A DNA stretch of 64,000 nt from an uncultured Bacilli bacterium (GCA_944331955.1 CALVIY010000002.1:7802-71801), one strand, 5' to 3'. Counted from the stretch's first letter, positions 20,469-30,769 are shown. Numbers and translations: made by a program. Notes: generated from the sequence alone by a model not told the origin.

Positions 20469-21482
20469 TTATTTTAAAGTGAATTTTATTTTTCCTTTTC
20501 CTTTGGATGAAGTAATAGTTGCAATTGCTCCATTTATAATAGTCATTCTAGGAGAAACATGTCCTATATCTGCATTTATAATTATTGGTATATTTAAATC
20601 CTTTAAAGATTCATAAATTGTCTCTTCATAAGAAATATCATAATAACTATTATAAATAAAACTTCTACCAAAAATAATTCCTTTAGTGTATTTAAAATAG
20701 CCATTATCTTTTAATTTCCAAAGTGTCCTTGTTATAACTTCTCCTGTTAATTCACAAATATCTAAATACCAAATAATACCATCATCTTTATACTTTTCTA
20801 GGAAGTCTTTAGTTTTATCAAATCTAGTACCAAATAAATCGGCAATTATATCAAGACATCCTCCTATTATTCTTCCTTTTATATTAATAACCTCTTCATC
20901 ATTTAAGTTCTTCCAATATACTTTTTCAGTTAATTCATATGGTTCTTTTCCTGTTATATAATCTTTAAAACCTTTTTCATATTTAGAAAAACTTGTCTGT
21001 TCTATAATATTACCTTTTAGTATTTCAAGATTATTCTCTAATGATTTATGCCAAGGTTCCATTCCAAAGCATCCAAAGTTATCGGAGTAAACAGTGGCAA
21101 TATCTAGGTTAGTTGTAATTGTAAATAGTAGTCCTGTTGGATCAGAATTTCCTTGTAACCATTTAGGATTATCTTTAATAGTATTAAGGTCTACTTCACT
21201 TAGCATTTCAAGTAGGAAGTCTCCTCCACTTGCACATATAATTGCTTTTACATTATCATCTTTATAAAGACTTTCTAACTCATCTGCTCTTTCTTTAGAA
21301 GAACTGCTTCTTCCTTTAAAACTACATCTAACATTAGGTGTTTCTTTTATATTAGAGCCACGACTATCAAAGTTTTTAATGGCATTATCTAATCTTTTAA
21401 GTTTAACTTCATCAGTAATACCATCTGAAGGTGCAGTTACACCAATAATATCATGTTCTTTTAGAAATTCTGGATAAATCAT
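20469..21482 (-). CDS. LD-carboxypeptidase (peptidase S66, LdcA/MccF-like)
   Basis: Nucleophile motif QGNSDPTGLLF (GxSDxT) and overall S66 length. Confidence 0.7.
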   Translation of the reverse strand: MIYPEFLKEHDIIGVTAPSDGITDEVKLKRLDNAIKNFDSRGSNIKETPNVRCSFKGRSSSSKERADELESLYKDDNVKAIICASGGDFLLEMLSEVDLNTIKDNPKWLQGNSDPTGLLFTITTNLDIATVYSDNFGCFGMEPWHKSLENNLEILKGNIIEQTSFSKYEKGFKDYITGKEPYELTEKVYWKNLNDEEVINIKGRIIGGCLDIIADLFGTRFDKTKDFLEKYKDDGIIWYLDICELTGEVITRTLWKLKDNGYFKYTKGIIFGRSFIYNSYYDISYEETIYESLKDLNIPIIINADIGHVSPRMTIINGAIATITSSKGKGKIKFTLK

Positions 21483-21490
21483 AAGTCCTC

Positions 21491-22168
21491 CTAATCATTT
21501 ATAAATCCTGATATATCTATATTATTTTCATTCATTTTAAATATAAATTTTCTATTTAAGTATTTAGATGTTTTATAGGGAATAGTTATTGCTTTAGGCC
21601 ATTCTTTAAAGATATTTAAATTGAAGTCATCATCAGTTGTGTAATTAATCATTAAATCTTCATTTGTAATTTTAATAGTAACTTTTTTAATTTTTTGTAT
21701 TTCTTTATTCATAGTATCCTGAATAGTTGAATTCTCTGTTCTGTGATAAGTTACATCTAACTTATCTGCCAAAACAAGAGCTAGTCCTATTATAGATTTA
21801 ATATTATTTCCTTTAGAATGATCACTGATAGCTTGCTTTAAAGTTTCTTCTTCCTCTTTTGAAATATCATCTTTATCAAGATAGTTCATAAATATTTTAC
21901 TACTTTCAATGGCACGGTCTATTTTATCTCCTTTTACTAAACCAACATCATGTAAAAGGGCAGCTACCATACCTAATTCAATAGTTCTTTCATCAACCTT
22001 TAATTGAGATAATATTTCTTTTGTAAATTGAGCGACCCTTTTATAATGTCCTAAACCGTGTTCCCAATCCCATTTGCCGTCAGTTATAAATCTTATATTT
22101 TCAATTTTTTTTACTGTTTCTCTATAATTATTATTATGTAATAATTTCTCATATAAATTCATATACAT
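21491..22168 (-). CDS. HD-domain phosphohydrolase
   Basis: HGLGHYKRVA ... AALLHDVG HD motif. Confidence 0.65.
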   Translation of the reverse strand: MYMNLYEKLLHNNNYRETVKKIENIRFITDGKWDWEHGLGHYKRVAQFTKEILSQLKVDERTIELGMVAALLHDVGLVKGDKIDRAIESSKIFMNYLDKDDISKEEEETLKQAISDHSKGNNIKSIIGLALVLADKLDVTYHRTENSTIQDTMNKEIQKIKKVTIKITNEDLMINYTTDDDFNLNIFKEWPKAITIPYKTSKYLNRKFIFKMNENNIDISGFIND

Positions 22169-22188
22169 CCCACCTTTATTAATTCTAA

Positions 22189-23412
22189 CTAATGTCTTAT
22201 TTTATGGATTAATTTTATTAAATAATAAACTGGAGATGTCTTTATTTCAAATTCACCTATTAACTCTTCTACAAAACCATTAAAGCCTGTTTTAAACTCA
22301 TAAATTCCATAGTCTTTATCATTTTTATCAAAAGTATTTGGAATACCATAGAAATTATATCTTTCAAAGTTATGCTCTATAGCATATTTAATCATTTCCC
22401 ACTGGATTAAATACTGAGAGTTATACATCATAAACTCTTCATAGTTACCACTTGATAAATAGATTATTTCAGGGTCTGTCATAATAAACATAGAACCTGA
22501 TAGAGTTATAACATTTCCATGTTCTTTTTTAATAGTCTCTGCTTCTTTTATTCTTTTATTTATACCATTAATCGCTTCATTTATAGATTTTCTTTTACCA
22601 TCATTATATTTAGCATCAGATAGTTTTGATAATTCTTCAGACTTTTCTTTCTTTTCTTTATTTAATAGTTCTAAATGTTTACCTAAGTCTAATTTAGTTA
22701 TTAAATATTTTATTTCGTCTTTAGGTTTAAATAAATCATACATATTCTCAAAATATTGTAAATTTCTAATGGCAAAACCTTTTCTTTTACCAGTCTCTTC
22801 CATAATCTTATAGAATTCTTTTAAGTCTTTCTTTTCTAGTTCAATTATTTCTATACCATTTTTTAGAGTCTTTCTAATCGTATTTCTAGTATTAGGTTTC
22901 ATATTCTTTAATATTTCATCTTCTGTTTTATCTTTAATATCTAAAACATACATCCAAGATACTTGTTCTCGGTTTTCAAGAGGAAGTAGTTTAAAGCCTA
23001 GTGACTTTATTTCATCTGCTATTTTAGTATTATTAACTCCTCCTTCTACTTCTTCTCCTTTACCATTACGTTCTTTATTTATGATATAAGGGTCAATTCT
23101 TAGAACATAACCTTGATGTTTTTTAACAAAAGTAGTTAATAGTTTTAGAAACTCAGTTAATGTTTTTTCATCATTATAATCTACTAAAGGTCCTCTTGGT
23201 GCATAAAATTCATACTTGTTAAAGTGTCTTTTTTTACCTACTAATAGAGTTGCCCCTACTAACTTGTCATTATCGTATAATCCTAAATAATAAGAAGTCC
23301 AACCATTTAATTCTCTTAGTTTACCTATTTCTTCTGTTTGCATAAAAGTCCTATAAGGACTCTTCTTAGCATAATTTTCAAATGTCTTAACATCTATTTC
23401 TTTTAATGTCAT
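22189..23412 (-). CDS. FemAB-family aminoacyltransferase, paralog 3
   Basis: MTLKEIDVKTFENYAKKSPYRTFMQ..., coiled-coil insert, FYGIPNTFDKNDKDYGIYEFKTGF. Confidence 0.8.
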   Translation of the reverse strand: MTLKEIDVKTFENYAKKSPYRTFMQTEEIGKLRELNGWTSYYLGLYDNDKLVGATLLVGKKRHFNKYEFYAPRGPLVDYNDEKTLTEFLKLLTTFVKKHQGYVLRIDPYIINKERNGKGEEVEGGVNNTKIADEIKSLGFKLLPLENREQVSWMYVLDIKDKTEDEILKNMKPNTRNTIRKTLKNGIEIIELEKKDLKEFYKIMEETGKRKGFAIRNLQYFENMYDLFKPKDEIKYLITKLDLGKHLELLNKEKKEKSEELSKLSDAKYNDGKRKSINEAINGINKRIKEAETIKKEHGNVITLSGSMFIMTDPEIIYLSSGNYEEFMMYNSQYLIQWEMIKYAIEHNFERYNFYGIPNTFDKNDKDYGIYEFKTGFNGFVEELIGEFEIKTSPVYYLIKLIHKIRH

Positions 23413-23413
23413 T

Positions 23414-25084
23414 TTATTTCCTCCTAAACTTACTAGTTATCTTATTTATTAGTTTACTCCCAAAAACTTCTTCTATTAAATTAAATTTATGAGCGACAAA
23501 GAAATATACTAATACACCAATAAGAGCATAGATAGCGATAATTGGAATATTTAATAATCTTACTGATGAAGAAATTGGTATTACTAGTTTTACAAGTGAT
23601 AATACAATAAGCATAACGATATCTGCTAGAAGTATTTTACCTAATAGTTTAACTGTTGGCATATAACTTACACCACATTTTCTTTTCAGGAAGATTAAAC
23701 ATAGAATAATTCCTACAGCATAACCTAGTATAGTTGCAGTTATTGAACCATAAACAGGTACAAAACCTAAGTTATGGAAAAGATTTATTAGAGGAACATT
23801 TAATACAAATTTTATTAATACTCCTACTACTAGAGAAATTAAAACTTCTTTATAGTATTTTAAGACTTGTACTATTGATACTAATGCTGTATAAGTTGAT
23901 ATTGTTAAAGCGACAAAGACAAAGTATTTAATTATAACGGCACCATATGCACTATTATTACCATAGAATACTTCCCAGACAGGTTCACTTAAGAAAGATA
24001 GTCCTAAAGTCATAGGAACTGATATGAATAGTAATACTTGTAGAGTTTGATTTATTTTATGATGAATATCTTTTTTATCTTTTTTAACCGAAGCTGATGT
24101 AAGGTTTGGTATTAGACTTACAATGATACCTGTTGAGATAGAAACAATTATCATATTGATTTTATTTCCCCAAGTAGATATTACACTCATAATATTTTCA
24201 GCTTGAGCGGTAGTATAGCCAATATCATTTACCATAGTTTTGACAAGTGTTGTCATATCAATAAAATCATAACATGATTTAAAGACATCTATCATAATGA
24301 ATGGTAAGGCATACCAGAATATTTTTATTAATATTTCTTTAGTTCTAATTACCGGCTCATCGACATCAAGAGATTTTTCATGTAGTTGTTTTTTATTCTT
24401 TTTAACTTTATCTAATAAGTAGAAATATGCGAATATCGCTCCTGCTGTCGCACCAAATACGGCAACTCCTACTCCTGTTTGTAATGATAAATCAAAGACA
24501 TTGATAGCAAGGAAACTACCTGCAACGATTACTATTACTCTTACTAATTGTTCTAATACTTGACTAATAGATGGAGGAGTTATAAATTTATGTCCTTCTA
24601 AATAACCTCTATAAATACTAAGGGTTGGTACAATAAGTATAGCAGTGGCAATTACTCTTACTACCATTGTTACATCTTCTAGTGTATTACCACCTTCTAA
24701 GTCTCCAAGAATCGCTTTAGCAATATCAGGAGCAAAGACAAAAAGAATTATAAAGATAGTAATTCCCATAATAATGGCAAGACGTCTACCAAGTTTAAAA
24801 GCTTTCTCCTTAGCATTATAATAACCTAATGTCTGATACTCACTAATTATTTTACTAATAGCATTAGGAATACCTGCACAGGATAAAGATTGAAATAAAT
24901 TATAGATTGTATAGGCGTAACCATATAAGGCTCCTCCCTGTCCTCCTATAATTGCATAAAATGGTATTACATAAAGCATTCCTAGTATTTTACTACCTAC
25001 TATACCTAATGTAGCAATAAAGGCTCCATTTAAAAATGAGTTTTGTTTTAATTCTTTATTTTTCTTTGTCTTTGTTTTTGCCAT
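23414..25084 (-). CDS. MOP-superfamily flippase (MurJ/SpoVB/YtgP-like)
   Basis: 556 aa with ~14 TM segments and the N-terminal GAFIATLGIVGSKILGMLYVIPFYAIIG motif typical of MurJ/SpoVB. Confidence 0.75.
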   Translation of the reverse strand: MAKTKTKKNKELKQNSFLNGAFIATLGIVGSKILGMLYVIPFYAIIGGQGGALYGYAYTIYNLFQSLSCAGIPNAISKIISEYQTLGYYNAKEKAFKLGRRLAIIMGITIFIILFVFAPDIAKAILGDLEGGNTLEDVTMVVRVIATAILIVPTLSIYRGYLEGHKFITPPSISQVLEQLVRVIVIVAGSFLAINVFDLSLQTGVGVAVFGATAGAIFAYFYLLDKVKKNKKQLHEKSLDVDEPVIRTKEILIKIFWYALPFIMIDVFKSCYDFIDMTTLVKTMVNDIGYTTAQAENIMSVISTWGNKINMIIVSISTGIIVSLIPNLTSASVKKDKKDIHHKINQTLQVLLFISVPMTLGLSFLSEPVWEVFYGNNSAYGAVIIKYFVFVALTISTYTALVSIVQVLKYYKEVLISLVVGVLIKFVLNVPLINLFHNLGFVPVYGSITATILGYAVGIILCLIFLKRKCGVSYMPTVKLLGKILLADIVMLIVLSLVKLVIPISSSVRLLNIPIIAIYALIGVLVYFFVAHKFNLIEEVFGSKLINKITSKFRRK

Positions 25085-25120
25085 TTTACGTCCTCCAATT
25101 TCTTTAAATATAATACCATA

Positions 25121-25151
25121 TTATTGAAAAGTTTTAAAGTAACTTGTATAA
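25121..25151 (+). promoter_or_regulatory. Candidate sigma-A promoter for fem paralog 4, inside the annotated ORF start
   Basis: TTGAAA-17 nt-TATAAT. Confidence 0.45.
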
Positions 25152-25174
25152 TTAAAGAAGATAGAGGTGATTTT

Positions 25175-26425
25175 GTGGAACTTAGAGAATTAACAAGAAA
25201 AGAGTTTGATAGCTATGCTCTTAATCACCCCTTAAGTAGTTTTCAACAAACAAGTTCTTGGGGGAGATTTATGGAAGGAGATAAATTCCATGCTTATTAT
25301 GTAGGGGGATTTATTAAAGAACGTTTAGTAGGAGCGAGTTTACTTCTTTCTTATGAGAGAAAAAAAGGTAAGGAGAGATTATTCTATGCTCCTCGTGGAT
25401 TTTTAATAGATTATAAGAATGAAGAACTATTAAAAGAGTTCACTGAAGAAGTTAAAAAGTTTATTATAGAAAAACATGGTGCCTTTTTAAAGATAGATCC
25501 TTATATTTTAGTAAGAGATAGAGATAATGAAGGAAATATCATAGAAGGTGGAGTCTATAATGACTTTGTAGAGGTTAATCTTACTAATGCTAACTTTATT
25601 AAGGTTAATGATAAAATACAACCTAAATGGCTCAGTAGAATTAATTTAAAAGAGAAGACTATAGATGATATCTTTAATAACTTTAGTCCTAAAGCAAGAC
25701 AGACTGTTAGAAGAAATGAAAGACTTGGATTTAAGGTAAGAGACTTTGATTTTAAGGATATTGATAAATTTATAGATATTATTAATGAAGAGAGTAAAAA
25801 ATATAATACTATCGTACCTACTAAAACTTTCTATCTAGACTTAAAACAGACTTTTGATGGTAATATTAAGTTTATGGAAGTTTATTTTAAGAAAGATGAA
25901 GTTACCAACAATATTGATAAGATGATTTCAGAGGTAATAAAAGAAAAAGAAGTTAGAATAAATAACTATCACAACTCAAAGATGACTGCAGGATATTTTA
26001 TTGACAAAGAACTTGAAGATGAAGAAGAGATTAAAAGACTAGAAAGTTTAAAAGACTATTTTTCTAAATGTAGTGATGATGTTGGTATGGGTATTTATAT
26101 GTTTATAACTATTGGTAATGAAGTTGTGGCATTAAATGGTGGAATTGTGGATGAATATAATAAGTTAGATGCTTCTTATACACTTCATTATGAGATGATT
26201 AAGTATGCAATAGAGAATGGTTATAAGTATTATAATTTATATGAAATTGGTGATATTACTGATTCTAATAATAAATTAAAAAACTCATACAACTATAAAA
26301 AGAGCTTTGGAGGAGAAGTTGTTGAATTAGTTGGAGAGTATGATTTAGTAATTAATCCTAAATATACCAATATGGCAAGAAAATATTTTCCAGAGTATTT
26401 AGGAGTTAAAACTATATTTAAGTAA
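25175..26425 (+). CDS. FemAB-family aminoacyltransferase, paralog 4
   Basis: Start revised to the GTG at 25175 (AGAGGTGA RBS), giving MELRELTRKEFDSYAL; the ATG at 25124 lies inside the promoter. FemAB motifs and a coiled-coil insert are present. Confidence 0.75.
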   Translation: MELRELTRKEFDSYALNHPLSSFQQTSSWGRFMEGDKFHAYYVGGFIKERLVGASLLLSYERKKGKERLFYAPRGFLIDYKNEELLKEFTEEVKKFIIEKHGAFLKIDPYILVRDRDNEGNIIEGGVYNDFVEVNLTNANFIKVNDKIQPKWLSRINLKEKTIDDIFNNFSPKARQTVRRNERLGFKVRDFDFKDIDKFIDIINEESKKYNTIVPTKTFYLDLKQTFDGNIKFMEVYFKKDEVTNNIDKMISEVIKEKEVRINNYHNSKMTAGYFIDKELEDEEEIKRLESLKDYFSKCSDDVGMGIYMFITIGNEVVALNGGIVDEYNKLDASYTLHYEMIKYAIENGYKYYNLYEIGDITDSNNKLKNSYNYKKSFGGEVVELVGEYDLVINPKYTNMARKYFPEYLGVKTIFK

Positions 26426-26626
26426 TTCATACCTGATACTTTGACATCAATATAAAATTATGATATTATGTATTTAGCAAAGAAATTTGCAATAAGAATA
26501 GATGCTTTCAAAAGTGATTTGGTTTGCATCTAATTCAAGAGTTAGATGTCTTATTTATTGTTAAATAAGGGAGATAATAATAGGAGGAAGAAAAATAACT
26601 TAGTATGTTATTTTTCTTTTGTCTTT

Positions 26627-26797
26627 TTAATAGTAAATTATCATAGCAGAAAAACAATAAATCTGTTCTTCACCACTAGGAAAAGAGCTAATAGCATACT
26701 TAATATCTACAACTTCTCCATCTAAATCTCCTAAAAACTCATTCATTGCTTTTTGTAAATCAGTTTCATCTTCATAGTCAAATATTTTTACTTTCAT
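26627..26797 (-). CDS. cse60: Cse60-like small sporulation protein (56 aa)
   Basis: Unlisted ORF MKVKIFDYEDETDLQKAMNEFLGDLDGEVVDIKYAISSFPSGEEQIYCFSAMIIYY. Pattern matches the Cse60 family as recalled from memory. Confidence 0.55.
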   Translation of the reverse strand: MKVKIFDYEDETDLQKAMNEFLGDLDGEVVDIKYAISSFPSGEEQIYCFSAMIIYY

Positions 26798-26824
26798 ATA
26801 GTCACAGCCTTTCTATTATATTTT

Positions 26825-26890
26825 AGAACACTTTATCCACAAAATTTGTGGAAAAAAGCAAAGGGAATTATCTTTTTCCACTTTGCTTGT
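26825..26890 (-). terminator. Tandem hairpins downstream of leuS
   Basis: AAGCAAAG-loop-CTTTGCTT then TCCACAAA-T-TTTGTGGA, with T-runs, on the minus strand. Confidence 0.45.
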
Positions 26891-26896
26891 TTAAAA

Positions 26897-29299
26897 CTAT
26901 TTTACAACTATATTTACTATTTTACCTTTGATAACAATAATCTTAACTATTTCTTTACCTTCAGTAAATTTCTTTACATTTTCTTGATCTAAAGCTTTTT
27001 CTTTAACTACTTCTTCACTATCATTAATATTTATTGTTATAGTAGCACGTACTTTTCCATTTACTTGGACTGCTATTTCTTTTTCTTCTTCTACAAGTTT
27101 AGATTCATCATATTTAGGCCAGTTTTCATAACATAGTGGTTCATATCCTAAAGATTCATTTAACTCTTCAGTAATATGAGGTGCGACTGGATTTAACAAA
27201 GTTAAAAGTAAATGATAGTCTTCTTTAGTTATACTATCTAAGTCATCATAGGCATTAGTTAATATCATTAATGAAGATATATAAGTGTTATAACTCATTC
27301 TAGAAAGTGATGAATCTATGTCTTTTACTGTCTTATTTTGTAAAACTACTAAGGAATTTGTAAAGCCAGTTTTATCATTAATTTTAGATTTTAAACGCTC
27401 TACTTTATCTAAGAATCTCTTACATCCTCTTAGTGAATCTGTACTCCATGGTACATCTTGAGTATAGTCACCCATAAACATTTCATAAGTTCTAAGAGTA
27501 TCAGCACCATATTCTTTTACTATATCATCAGGATTTATTACATTACCTTTACTTTTACTCATCTTTTGATTATCTGGTCCTAGAACCATACCATGACTAA
27601 CACGAATATCAATCATTTCTTTAGATGGTACTAAACCAATATTATATAAGAACTGTACCCAGAATCTTGCATATAGTAAATGTCTTGCGGTATGTTCCAT
27701 ACCTCCATTGTACCAATTTACTTTTTGCCAGTATTTCATGGCATCCATAGAAGCGAACTCTTTGTCATTAGATGCATCCATAAATCTTAAGAAATACCAA
27801 GATGAACCTGCCCAGTTAGGCATAGTATCAGTCTCACGTTTAGCAGGGCTACCACAGCATGGACAAGTTGTATTAACCCAGTCTGTTATTTTGGCAAGAG
27901 GTGACTCTCCTGTATCTGTTGGTTCATACTCTGCAACATCTGGAAGTAATAAAGGTAGGTCTTTCTCATCCATAGGTTGCCATCCACATTTTTCACAGTA
28001 TATCATTGGTATTGGTTCTCCCCAGAATCTTTGTCTTGAGAAAATCCAGTCTTGTAAACGATAGTTTGTTTTTTCTCTTCCTAAGTTATGTTCTTTTAAG
28101 TACTCTAACATTCTATTTATAGAGTCTTTCTTATTAGTATAGCCATTTAAGAAGTCAGAATTAACCATTTTACCATCGCCGGTATAAGCTTCTTTAGAGA
28201 TGTCTCCTCCTTCAATTACTTCAATGATAGGGATATTATATTTTTTAGCTAAATCATAGTCTCTTTGATCATGAGCAGGAACTGCCATAATTGCACCTGT
28301 TCCATAGCCCATCATAACATAGTCAGAGATAAAGACGTCAACAGTCTTACCACTTACAGGGTTCTTTACAGTTATTCCTTCTAGTTTTACACCTGTTTTA
28401 TCTTTATTTACTTCTGTTCTTTCAAAAGCACTTTTACTTTTAGCATACTCTTGATACTGTCTTACTTCATCCATATTAGTAATTATATCTTTTAGTTTTT
28501 CTAATATTGGATGTTCTGGTGCTAATACCATGAAAGTTACACCAAACAATGTATCACATCTTGTAGTATAGACAGTTAATTTATCATTAGTCTCTTCAAT
28601 AGTAAAATCTATCTCTGCACCTGTTGACTTACCTATCCAGTTTATCTGTCCTAGTTTTACACGTTCTGCAAAGTTTGTATCATCTAAACCTTTAAGTAAA
28701 TCTTCAGCATAATCACTCATTCTTAGCATCCATTGTTCTTTTTCTTTTTGTAAAACTTTACTACCGCATCTTTCACAGACACCACCAGCGGCATCTTCAT
28801 TTGACAATACACTTTTACAAGTTGGACACCAGTTTACATCTTTTTTAGCTTTATAAGCCATTCCATGTTTGTAAAATTGTAAGAACTGCCACTGAGTCCA
28901 TTTATAGTATTCTGGATCTGTTGTTGAGAACTCTCTATCCCAGTCAAAGGAGAATCCAAGTGACATCATTTGTCCTTTAAAGGTTTTTATATTTTCTTTA
29001 ACAGCATCTTTTGGATGAATATGATTTTTAATAGCATATTGTTCTGCAGGGGCCCCAAAAGCATCCCATCCCATTGGAAATAAAACGTTATATCCTTGCA
29101 TACGTTTTACTCTTGCAAGTACATCTTGAGCAGTATAACTTCTAACATGACCTACATGTAATCCTGCTCCTGATGGATAAGGAAACTCTACTAAAATATA
29201 GTAAGGTTTTTTATCTTTTTCTCCTGTTACAGCTTTAAAACATTTATTATTCATCCAATAATTTTGCCATTTTTTTTCTATTTCACTAATTTTTTCCAT
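26897..29299 (-). CDS. leuS: Leucyl-tRNA synthetase
   Basis: HVGHVRSYTAQDV (HIGH) and KMSKSKGN (KMSKS) motifs; 800 aa. Confidence 0.95.
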   Translation of the reverse strand: MEKISEIEKKWQNYWMNNKCFKAVTGEKDKKPYYILVEFPYPSGAGLHVGHVRSYTAQDVLARVKRMQGYNVLFPMGWDAFGAPAEQYAIKNHIHPKDAVKENIKTFKGQMMSLGFSFDWDREFSTTDPEYYKWTQWQFLQFYKHGMAYKAKKDVNWCPTCKSVLSNEDAAGGVCERCGSKVLQKEKEQWMLRMSDYAEDLLKGLDDTNFAERVKLGQINWIGKSTGAEIDFTIEETNDKLTVYTTRCDTLFGVTFMVLAPEHPILEKLKDIITNMDEVRQYQEYAKSKSAFERTEVNKDKTGVKLEGITVKNPVSGKTVDVFISDYVMMGYGTGAIMAVPAHDQRDYDLAKKYNIPIIEVIEGGDISKEAYTGDGKMVNSDFLNGYTNKKDSINRMLEYLKEHNLGREKTNYRLQDWIFSRQRFWGEPIPMIYCEKCGWQPMDEKDLPLLLPDVAEYEPTDTGESPLAKITDWVNTTCPCCGSPAKRETDTMPNWAGSSWYFLRFMDASNDKEFASMDAMKYWQKVNWYNGGMEHTARHLLYARFWVQFLYNIGLVPSKEMIDIRVSHGMVLGPDNQKMSKSKGNVINPDDIVKEYGADTLRTYEMFMGDYTQDVPWSTDSLRGCKRFLDKVERLKSKINDKTGFTNSLVVLQNKTVKDIDSSLSRMSYNTYISSLMILTNAYDDLDSITKEDYHLLLTLLNPVAPHITEELNESLGYEPLCYENWPKYDESKLVEEEKEIAVQVNGKVRATITININDSEEVVKEKALDQENVKKFTEGKEIVKIIVIKGKIVNIVVK

Positions 29300-29666
29300 T
29301 TTTGCAACATCCTTTCTTTTTATATATTTTTCCTACTATATCATAACTAACAAGTATTAATAGCATTATTAAGACAAAGCCTATTAACAGTTGTAAGTAG
29401 AAACTATCTAATATTGAGATTAGTGTTACTACTAGAGAGATATCAAAAGCACTAACAGCACTAATTATATTAAGTAGTCTCTTATAGTTTAGTTTATCTA
29501 AATCTAGATTATATTTACCTATCAGGTAATTAACCTCGATTGGTTTCTTTCTTCTTTTATCTTTTTTACATTTTCTAACTAAAAATAATTCATAAATTAT
29601 AAATACTAGTAAGAATGTCATAATAAATAATATTAATTCTTCTACCATTAAAACTCCTCCTAACAA
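29286..29666 (-). CDS. Small membrane protein overlapping the leuS start
   Basis: AGGAGG 7 nt upstream of the ATG, two TM segments, 14-nt overlap with the leuS start. Confidence 0.45.
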   Translation of the reverse strand: MLGGVLMVEELILFIMTFLLVFIIYELFLVRKCKKDKRRKKPIEVNYLIGKYNLDLDKLNYKRLLNIISAVSAFDISLVVTLISILDSFYLQLLIGFVLIMLLILVSYDIVGKIYKKKGCCKNGKN

Positions 29667-29669
29667 AAA

Positions 29670-29900
29670 TAGATTCCTACTAACAAGAACGAGTTAAACC
29701 CGTGGTACCATCTTGTTTCATAGAAATCTATGCACTTTAAAAGTTATATCGGACTTATCCGTAAATGTTTAAGGTTATCAAGTTCAAAAAGTTATTATGT
29801 TTGTTTCCACCAATCACAAACTCTCTATAATAATAATTCTTTTTTACTACTACAACCACATTTAAAATCTAGTATTATTATACGAAATATTATTAGGTAT
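29670..29900 (-). promoter_or_regulatory. Possible T-box leader (tRNA-Leu type) upstream of the small ORF/leuS pair
   Basis: Minus strand contains AGAGAG and AAGATGGTACCACGGG. The latter matches 11 of 13 positions of the T-box core GGTGGTACCGCGG, with UGGU complementary to an A73 tRNA. No convincing terminator helix. Confidence 0.3.
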
Positions 29901-29905
29901 TGCAA

Positions 29906-30769
29906 CTATTTTTTATTTATACTATATGTTTTAACTCTATAAGTTCTATCTGTATGTACGATATAATTACATATTGGAAGCATATCTTCTTTTTGAAGTG
30001 CACACACAGTTGAACTTTTTTTATTATAGGTAGGGAACATAGTAATAATTTTATTAGTATTAGGTATAGTTGCAACGCGTATGAAGTTTAAATTTCTACC
30101 ATCATAATCACTAATTCCTATGTTAGCAAATTTAAATATATAAGTATCAGAAAAATCCCAATTCAATTTTATTTCTCTTTTTTCAAACTCAATATTTCTT
30201 GATATGGCAAGAAATAATTCTTCTAAATCATATTTATTATAAAAGAGTGTTCCAGTATCTTTAGTTGGTATATTATTTTTACTAGTATGTCTTAAAGTAA
30301 TATGTTCTATGGCTTTATTATAATCATATTTTACATATTGTTGTTCTTTATAATCTAGTTCTTTAGGTGTTTCTATTTTCTTATCAACAAACAATTTTAA
30401 GAATACTTGTAATCTTCTTAAATACTTTTTGGCACTTTCTAATTCTTTTTCTCTTTTTAAATCTTGAAAATTTCTATCCTTATTTTTCTTCCATAAATTG
30501 TATAATTTTTCATATTTTTCTAACTTAATATAAACTTCAGAAAGAGATTTAAATACACAAAAATAATTAGAATCTTGGCATTTTAATATTTCTAAAGCTT
30601 CTTTTAGATTTCCTCTTCCTGTATAAATGTTAGCAAGAATACTAGATATTTCAGGATCATTATTAAAATCAAGGTAACCTTTAAGTAAGGCCTCTGCTTT
30701 TTTAATATCTCCATTATTAAGATTATTCTTTGCTTCATTTAAAATTGTCTTCTTTATATCGTTTTTCAT
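29906..30769 (-). CDS. Hypothetical protein with TPR-like N-terminus
   Basis: Start moved to MKNDIKKTIL (GGAGAAG RBS). ALLKGYLDFNNDPEISSILANIYTGRGNLKEALEIL is a TPR-like helix pair. Confidence 0.5.
   Translation of the reverse strand: MKNDIKKTILNEAKNNLNNGDIKKAEALLKGYLDFNNDPEISSILANIYTGRGNLKEALEILKCQDSNYFCVFKSLSEVYIKLEKYEKLYNLWKKNKDRNFQDLKREKELESAKKYLRRLQVFLKLFVDKKIETPKELDYKEQQYVKYDYNKAIEHITLRHTSKNNIPTKDTGTLFYNKYDLEELFLAISRNIEFEKREIKLNWDFSDTYIFKFANIGISDYDGRNLNFIRVATIPNTNKIITMFPTYNKKSSTVCALQKEDMLPICNYIVHTDRTYRVKTYSINKK

Noticed and set aside
26835-26851. TCCACAAA-N-TTTGTGGA palindrome also seen at 60285-60301
   Set aside because: The second copy lies inside the GT4 coding sequence (encodes KLVEKL); two occurrences of a short AT-rich palindrome are compatible with chance. 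The first is kept only as part of the leuS terminator region.
29300-29666. T-box leader directly upstream of the leuS start
   Set aside because: No GGTGG...ACCGCGG-like element or specifier-stem features in this segment. It is instead occupied by an ORF with a strong RBS; the only T-box-like motif is further upstream (29700-29720).
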